Shown in pieces: positions 58,563 through 64,000 of a stretch of DNA of 64,000 nt. A model generated the notes under the pieces. It saw nothing but the letters and a program-made list of their open reading frames with translations, did not search any database and was not told where the DNA came from. Origin of the DNA: Pseudomonadota bacterium (GTDB lineage: Bacteria; Pseudomonadota; Alphaproteobacteria; Rhizobiales; Xanthobacteraceae); the NCBI GenBank assembly GCA_049323835.1, contig JBMOOJ010000104.1, forward strand, positions 9,692-73,691, written 5' to 3'. The first letter of the stretch is position 1; every line of letters starts with the position of its first letter. The position numbers and the translations under genes were made by a program.

Positions 58563-58640
58563 GCCGGGGCTTGACCCGGGCATCCATCTTCCCTGCCAAT
58601 GATCTCGCAAGACAAAATGGATGGCCGGGTCAAGCCCGGC
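58563..58640. repeat. Bradyrhizobiaceae-type intergenic inverted-repeat element
   Basis: GCCGGGGCTTGACCCGGGCATCCAT (58563-58587) and ATGGATGGCCGGGTCAAGCCCGGC (58617-58640) are near-perfect inverted copies. Confidence 0.6.
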
Positions 58641-58802
58641 AATGACTGGAGATGGGGAGAAATACGGCCGCGCACGCTTCCAAGTCTGCTCCTTTGCAGC
58701 ATCCCCGAATTACATCGGCCAGCCCTCGCCCTCGCCCCGGAACATGCCATCCCCCACCTTAGAGCCGTTCTCAGGCCGGGCGATTGATGCTAGTGCTTGG
58801 AC

Positions 58803-60902
58803 ATGAACCAGCGCGCCAACATCCGGGTCGGCCACTCGACCTGTCCGCATGATTGCCCCTCCGCCTGTGCGCTCGATGTCGATATCATCGACAACACGAC
58901 CATCGGCCGGGTCCGCGGCTCGAAGCAGCAGACCTACACGGCCGGCGTCGTCTGCGCGAAGGTCGCGCGCTACGCCGAGCGCATTCATCATCCCGATCGG
59001 CTGATGGTGCCGCTCAAGCGCACCGGTCCGAAGGGCTCCGGCCAGTTCAAGCAGATTACCTGGGACGAGGCGCTAGACGAAATCGCCCAGCGCTTCAACG
59101 CGGCCGAGCGCGAGTTCGGCGCGCAGTCGGTCTGGCCCTATTATTATGCGGGCACGATGGGCCTGATCATGCGGTTCAGCGTTAACCGGCTGGCGCATGC
59201 GAAAAAGTATTCGCGTTTCTACAGCACCATCTGCGCGACGATCGCCCGCGCCGGTTTCGCCGCCGGTACCGGCAAGGTCGCGGGCGCCGACCCGCGCGAG
59301 ATGGCGATGTCCGATCTCGTCGTGATCTGGGGCACCAATCCGGTGTCGACGCAGGTCAATGTGATGACGCACGCGACCCGCGCGCGCAAGGAACGCGGCG
59401 CCAAGATCGCTGTCGTCGACATCTACCAAAACGACACGATGAAGCAGGCGGACATCGGCATCATCGTCCGCCCAGGCACCGACGGTGCGTTCGCTTGCGG
59501 CGTAATGCATGTGCTATTCCGCGACGGTTATGCCGACCGCGCCTACATGGCGAAATACACCGATTGCCCGGATGAACTGGAAGCGCATCTGAAGACGCGC
59601 ACACCTGAATGGGCCTCCGCCATCTGCGGCGTGCCGGCCGCCGAGATCGAGGCTTTCGCGCACGAGATCGGCAAGACGCCGCGTTCCTTCTTCCGTCTCG
59701 GTTACGGCTTTACCCGCAGCCGCAACGGCGCGTCGCAGATGCATGCGGCGCTCTGCATTCCCGCCGTCACCGGCGCATGGCAGCACGAAGGCGGCGGCGC
59801 ATTCTTCAACAACGCCGGCATCTGGGGCTTCAATCACACGCTGATCGAAACACTCGACGAAGTGGACAAGACGACACGCCAGCTCGATCAGTCGGCGATC
59901 GGCCGCATCCTCACCGGCGATGCCGTGGCGCTGCAAGGCGGCCCGCCCGTCAAGGCGATGATCATTCAGAACACCAATCCGGTGAACGTCGCGCCCGAGC
60001 AACTGCTCGTGCGGCAAGGCTTCGCCCGCGAGGACCTGTTCGTCGCCGTGCACGAGCAGTTCATGACCGAGACCGCGATGATGGCCGACATCGTGCTGCC
60101 GGCGACCATGTTCATGGAGCACGACGACCTTTATTACGGCGGCGGCCACCAGCACATTTCCGTCGGGCCGAAGCTGATCGATCCGCCGGGCGAGTGCCGC
60201 TCGAACCAGCAGCTGATGAAGGGCCTTGCCGACCGGCTCGGCATCATGCATCCGACGTTCCACATGACGGATCGCGAGATGATCGACGCGACGCTCAAGC
60301 TCAGCGGCCACGGCGACATCGAAGCGCTTGAAGCCGATCTCTGGCGCGATATCCAGCCGGATTTCCGCAAGTCGCACTATCTCGACGGCTTCGCGCACAA
60401 GGACGGAAAGTTTCACTTCAAGGCCGACTGGGCGCAGGTGCCGGGCGCGAACACCCTCAATCTCGGGCCGATCGCCGACATGCCCTCGCTCCCGGATCAT
60501 TGGGCGGTGATCGAGAATGCCGACGACGAGCATCCGTTCCGCCTCGCGACCAGCCCCTCGCGCAGCTTCCTCAATTCGACGTTCGCGGAAACGCCGTCAT
60601 CGCTGGCCCGCGAAGGCGCACCGTCGGTGATGATGCATCCGGCCGATGCGGCGAAGCTCGACGTTTCCGACGGCGACGTCGTCCTGCTCGGCAACAAGCG
60701 CGGCGAGACCAGGCTGACGGTAAAGATTTTCGACGGCGTGCGCCATGGCGTGCTGATCGCCGAGTCGATTCATCCGAACAAGAATCACATCGGCGGACGC
60801 GGCATCAACAGCCTCACCGGCTCGGAAGCGGTCGCCCCGCACGGCGGCGCGCCGTTCCATGACAACAAGGTGTGGGTGAAGAAGGTTGCCGCGAGGGCCT
60901 AA
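58803..60902 (+). CDS. Molybdopterin (bis-MGD) oxidoreductase family protein with N-terminal 4Fe-4S motif
   Basis: HSTCPHDCPSACALDV cluster motif and DMSO-reductase-family domains. ATG 58803 is preferred because the track start at 58797 is TTG. Confidence 0.85.
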   Translation: MNQRANIRVGHSTCPHDCPSACALDVDIIDNTTIGRVRGSKQQTYTAGVVCAKVARYAERIHHPDRLMVPLKRTGPKGSGQFKQITWDEALDEIAQRFNAAEREFGAQSVWPYYYAGTMGLIMRFSVNRLAHAKKYSRFYSTICATIARAGFAAGTGKVAGADPREMAMSDLVVIWGTNPVSTQVNVMTHATRARKERGAKIAVVDIYQNDTMKQADIGIIVRPGTDGAFACGVMHVLFRDGYADRAYMAKYTDCPDELEAHLKTRTPEWASAICGVPAAEIEAFAHEIGKTPRSFFRLGYGFTRSRNGASQMHAALCIPAVTGAWQHEGGGAFFNNAGIWGFNHTLIETLDEVDKTTRQLDQSAIGRILTGDAVALQGGPPVKAMIIQNTNPVNVAPEQLLVRQGFAREDLFVAVHEQFMTETAMMADIVLPATMFMEHDDLYYGGGHQHISVGPKLIDPPGECRSNQQLMKGLADRLGIMHPTFHMTDREMIDATLKLSGHGDIEALEADLWRDIQPDFRKSHYLDGFAHKDGKFHFKADWAQVPGANTLNLGPIADMPSLPDHWAVIENADDEHPFRLATSPSRSFLNSTFAETPSSLAREGAPSVMMHPADAAKLDVSDGDVVLLGNKRGETRLTVKIFDGVRHGVLIAESIHPNKNHIGGRGINSLTGSEAVAPHGGAPFHDNKVWVKKVAARA

Positions 60903-60911
60903 GCCCGAGGT

Positions 60912-61016
60912 GCTCCTCATCCTGAGAAGCGCGGTGCGCATCTCGACGGATGAGCGGCCACGCAGCTTCATGGTTCGAGGCGCACCGCAATTGTGATGCT
61001 CCTCACCCTGAGGAGC
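60912..61016. repeat. Intergenic repeat with GCTCCTCA(T/C)CCTGAG(A/G)AGC arms
   Basis: GCTCCTCATCCTGAGAAGC (60912-60930) and GCTCCTCACCCTGAGGAGC (60998-61016). The second arm is itself a palindrome. Confidence 0.5.
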
Positions 61017-61033
61017 TAACAAGAAACAAAAAA

Positions 61034-61067
61034 GGGCCGCACGGCATTGGCGCCATGCGGCCCTTTT
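61034..61067. terminator. Bidirectional intrinsic terminator
   Basis: AAAA-GGGCCGCA, 14-nt loop, TGCGGCCC-TTTT, between convergent genes. Confidence 0.55.
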
Positions 61068-61079
61068 GACGATTGCGGT

Positions 61080-62705
61080 TTATTTCTTCTCGATATTCCA
61101 AAACACAGGGGTTGCCGGACCATCGACGACGCCGGTGATCTCCTTGCGCCAGGCGCTGGGCGAGGTGTACTGGCCGAGCGGCAGATAGATCACCTGATCG
61201 AACACCCGTGCCTGGATCTGCGCGGCGATCTTCTTCTGCTGTTCCAGATCGGTCGAGCGTGCATAGGCGTCGCGCAGCTTTTCCATTTCCGGATCGTCCG
61301 GCCAGCCGAACCAGCCGCCGTTCTTGCCCTTGCTGTTCAGCGTCGCGTGGGCGACCGGATTCATGATGTCGGGGCCGGCCCAGTTGGTGAAGAACATGTT
61401 CCAGCCGCCCTCCTTGACGGGCTTCTGGCTGGCGCGGCGAGTCACGACGGTCTGCCAGTCGGTGGCCTGAACTTCGACCTTGAAGCCGGCATCGCGCAGA
61501 AGCTGCGCACCGACGATCGGCTGCGCCTTCAGCGTCACGACGTCACCGGGCGCCATCACGACAACCGGCGTTCCGTCATAACCGGACTCGGCAAGCGCCT
61601 TTTTGGCCGCTTCCATGCCCGTCTTCTTGGTGAGCGTGTCCGCGCCGGCTTCGGTGGCGAGCGGCGTGCCGCAACCGAAGACCGCGCCGCAGACCTTGTA
61701 GTAGTCGGGATTGCCGACCAGCGCGTCGAGCACGTCCTTCTGGTTCATCGCCAGGAACGCGGCGCGGCGGACCTTCACGTTGTCGAACGGCGGATGCAGG
61801 AAATTCATCCGGCCGATGGTCTGGAAGCCGAGCGGGCTCAGCGTCTGGACGACAATATCCTTGTTGCCCTTGAGGATCGGCAGCAAGTCGAACGACGGGT
61901 TCTCCATGAAGTCGATATCGCCGGACTGAAGCGCATTCACGGCGGTCTGCGCGTCAGGCATGGTGATCCACTCGACGCGATCGACCTTCACGACCTTGCC
62001 GCCCGAATTCCAGCTCGGCGGTTCGGCACGCGGCACGTAATCCTTGTTCTTCTCATAGACGGCCTTCACGCCCGGCTGGAATTCACCCTGCACGAACTTG
62101 AAGGGACCGGAACCGACGTGCTCGGTGATCGCCTTGGTGTGCGGCGTTTCAGCCATACGCTTCGGCATCATGAACGGCACGATCGACGACGGCTTGCCGA
62201 TCGATTCGAGCACGAGGCCATACGGCTCCTTCAGCTTCAGCGTAATGGTTTTCGGATCAGTCGCCGTGATCGACGCTGTGAAATCCATCAGCTTCTGACC
62301 CATGCCGTCCGCTTTGCCCCAGCGTTGCAGCGATGCGACGCAGTCCTCCGCAGTGACGGGCGCGCCGTCATGCCACTTCAGGCCGTCGCGCAACGTGAAG
62401 GTATAGGTGAGCTTGTCGTCGGAAACCTTCCAGCTCGCCATCTGCGGCTGGACTTTGAAGCTCGAGTCCATTGCCAACAGCGTGTCGTAGATCATGTAGC
62501 CATGATCGCGCGTGATGTAGGCGGTCGTCATGGTCGGATCGAGCACACGCAGATCCGAGTGCATCACCGCTGTCAGCGTCTTCGCCTTCTGCGCCAGAGC
62601 CGGCGTCGCCGCTGATAAAGAAGCCGCAACCGCGGCTGCAAAAATAAGACCTGGACGCCGGGCTTTCAGCGGAGCTCGAATACATCCACGCAAGACTTCA
62701 GACAT
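61080..62705 (-). CDS. ABC transporter substrate-binding protein, family 5 (peptide/nickel, DppA-like)
   Basis: Signal peptide after ATG 62705 (..LIFAAAVAASLSAATPALA). About 540 aa with a typical family-5 sequence. Confidence 0.85.
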   Translation of the reverse strand: MSEVLRGCIRAPLKARRPGLIFAAAVAASLSAATPALAQKAKTLTAVMHSDLRVLDPTMTTAYITRDHGYMIYDTLLAMDSSFKVQPQMASWKVSDDKLTYTFTLRDGLKWHDGAPVTAEDCVASLQRWGKADGMGQKLMDFTASITATDPKTITLKLKEPYGLVLESIGKPSSIVPFMMPKRMAETPHTKAITEHVGSGPFKFVQGEFQPGVKAVYEKNKDYVPRAEPPSWNSGGKVVKVDRVEWITMPDAQTAVNALQSGDIDFMENPSFDLLPILKGNKDIVVQTLSPLGFQTIGRMNFLHPPFDNVKVRRAAFLAMNQKDVLDALVGNPDYYKVCGAVFGCGTPLATEAGADTLTKKTGMEAAKKALAESGYDGTPVVVMAPGDVVTLKAQPIVGAQLLRDAGFKVEVQATDWQTVVTRRASQKPVKEGGWNMFFTNWAGPDIMNPVAHATLNSKGKNGGWFGWPDDPEMEKLRDAYARSTDLEQQKKIAAQIQARVFDQVIYLPLGQYTSPSAWRKEITGVVDGPATPVFWNIEKK

Positions 62706-62787
62706 CGCTACCTCTCCTGAATCATTTCTCGTCTGTGATTGCTTTGTGAGTCCTGTGCGGACTTTTTTAAGCGTCCAGCCAAACTGT

Positions 62788-62983
62788 AGACGTAGAACAT
62801 AAGACGTTGAACATGTTCCCCAATCGAGAGTTGCACCAACCTCGGCAGGCGTCAATCGCGATTTGCCGCGATGCTTGTAGAAGGATCAAACAAAGACGTG
62901 TGATCAAGCAAGCGATCGACATCTGCAAAGAATGCATCTTGCCGTTCACTCCAAGACGTTCTGAAATGAACCGTTCTGAAATG
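62788..62983. promoter_or_regulatory. Repeated AAGACGT motifs and two short tandem direct repeats in a divergent promoter region
   Basis: GACGTAGAACAT (62789-62800) and GACGTTGAACAT (62803-62814). CGTTCTGAAATG occurs twice (62957-62968, 62972-62983). (A)AGACGT occurs at 62788, 62801, 62893 and 62953. Confidence 0.3.
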
Positions 62984-63049
62984 CCGCTTCGTCTCCCGCC
63001 CATCACACCCGTCATCGGGGGAGCGTGCAAGATCAAGGGAATAGTCTTC

Positions 63050-64000
63050 ATGAACCCCGCCAACCTTCCGTTCGATAGTGAAGTCATGCTTGCCGGCCTG
63101 CGTCCGTGGGTCGAATGCGAAAGCCCTACCTGGGATGCTGCGGCAGTTGAACGCATGCTCGACCTTGCTGCCCGCGACATGGCTATCTGCGGCGCAACAA
63201 TTGAGCGCATTGCCGGACGACAAGGTTTCGCCGGCTGCATTCGCGCACGCTTTCCGCATCCCGATTTCGGACAGCCGGGCATTCTGATCGCAGGTCATAT
63301 GGATACGGTGCACCCCATCGGTACGATCGCGCAGTTGCCGTGGCGTCGCGAGAACGGCAAGTGTTACGGCCCCGGCATTTTCGACATGAAGGGCGGAAAC
63401 TTCGCGGCGCTCGAGGCCATTCGCCAGCTCCAGAAAGCCATGTTCACGACTCCTCTCCCCGTCACCGTCCTGTTCACTCCTGACGAAGAAGTCGGCACGC
63501 CGAGCACACGCGACATCGTCGAGGCCGAAGCCGCACGCAACAAGTACGTGCTGGTTCCCGAGCCTGCCTTCCAGAACAAGGGCGTCATCACCGGGCGCTA
63601 TGCGATCGCCCGCTTCAATCTCGAAGCAACTGGCGTGCCAAGTCACTCCGGCGCGACGCTGTCGTCGGGCCGCTCCGCGATCCGCGAGATGGCGCGGCAG
63701 ATCGTCGCCATCGACGCGATGACCGGCGAGGATTGCACCTTCAGTGTCGGCATCGTGCACGGCGGCCAATGGGTCAACTGTGTTGCCTCACGTTGCACCG
63801 GCGAAGCGCTGAGCATGGCGAAACGCCAGAGCGACCTCGATCGCGGTGTCGAGCGGATGCTCGCTCTCTCCGGCACCAACAACGACGTGACCTTCACGGT
63901 CACACGCGGCGTCACTCGTCCGGTCTGGGAACCAGACCAGGGCACCATCGCTCTCTACGAACGCGCGCGCGACATCGGCAAGCAGATTGGAATCGATCTG
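63050..64000 (+). CDS. M20-family metallopeptidase (glutamate carboxypeptidase CPG2-like), 3' end outside the window
   Basis: My own translation from ATG 63050 is open to the window edge: MNPANLPFDSEVMLAGLRPWVECESP..ILIAGHMDTVHP..GPGIFDMKGG..TPDEEVGTP. It is absent from the ORF track because no stop is reached. Confidence 0.8.
   Translation, partial: MNPANLPFDSEVMLAGLRPWVECESPTWDAAAVERMLDLAARDMAICGATIERIAGRQGFAGCIRARFPHPDFGQPGILIAGHMDTVHPIGTIAQLPWRRENGKCYGPGIFDMKGGNFAALEAIRQLQKAMFTTPLPVTVLFTPDEEVGTPSTRDIVEAEAARNKYVLVPEPAFQNKGVITGRYAIARFNLEATGVPSHSGATLSSGRSAIREMARQIVAIDAMTGEDCTFSVGIVHGGQWVNCVASRCTGEALSMAKRQSDLDRGVERMLALSGTNNDVTFTVTRGVTRPVWEPDQGTIALYERARDIGKQIGIDL

Noticed and set aside
58797-58802. 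Track start of the molybdopterin oxidoreductase
   Set aside because: The first codon is TTG, and an ATG follows two codons later (58803). Other track starts are also non-ATG: 15642 GTG, 19587 GTG, 39065 TTG and 56353 GTG. Each was reassessed individually.

Overview
This is a GC-rich, gene-dense chromosomal segment. The codon style and four kinds of structured intergenic repeats look alphaproteobacterial, of the Bradyrhizobium/Rhodopseudomonas/Afipia type; that placement is an inference from memory, not a search. I can support 54 protein-coding genes, two of them cut by the window edges. I found no rRNA, tRNA, CRISPR array, transposase, integrase or phage genes. Most of the window is transport and catabolism: three Liv-type ABC importer sets, one with an acyl-CoA ligase; a TRAP transporter with two tandem DctP paralogues; two RND efflux pairs; gabD; phoD; an IorAB-type molybdoenzyme; two Baeyer-Villiger monooxygenases; oligopeptidase B; and a molybdopterin oxidoreductase. 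The stand-out is a minus-strand block at about 39.2-48.1 kb. Three tandem 85-aa genes encode secreted peptides with six Cys in repeated A-C-K-G units. They are followed by a DUF692 (MbnB-like multinuclear non-haem iron oxidase) gene and an overlapping DUF2063 gene. This is the architecture of the recently described bufferin-type RiPP metallophores. Here the precursor is triplicated and the core is flanked by a periplasmic thiol-redox set (CcdA, DoxX, secreted thioredoxin-fold DUF255 protein) and by a creatininase-family/HExxH peptidase pair. Secondary points include an AAC(3)-I-like acetyltransferase at the tail of a TetR-MFP-RND operon, an EthA/EthR-like pair, a sensor-less AraC DNA-binding protein coupled to the TRAP operon, and several repeat or operator candidates. 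All calls come from reading the ORF translations and the DNA by eye. No database search or computation was run. Start codons were chosen by hand, and the ORF track sometimes starts at GTG or TTG.
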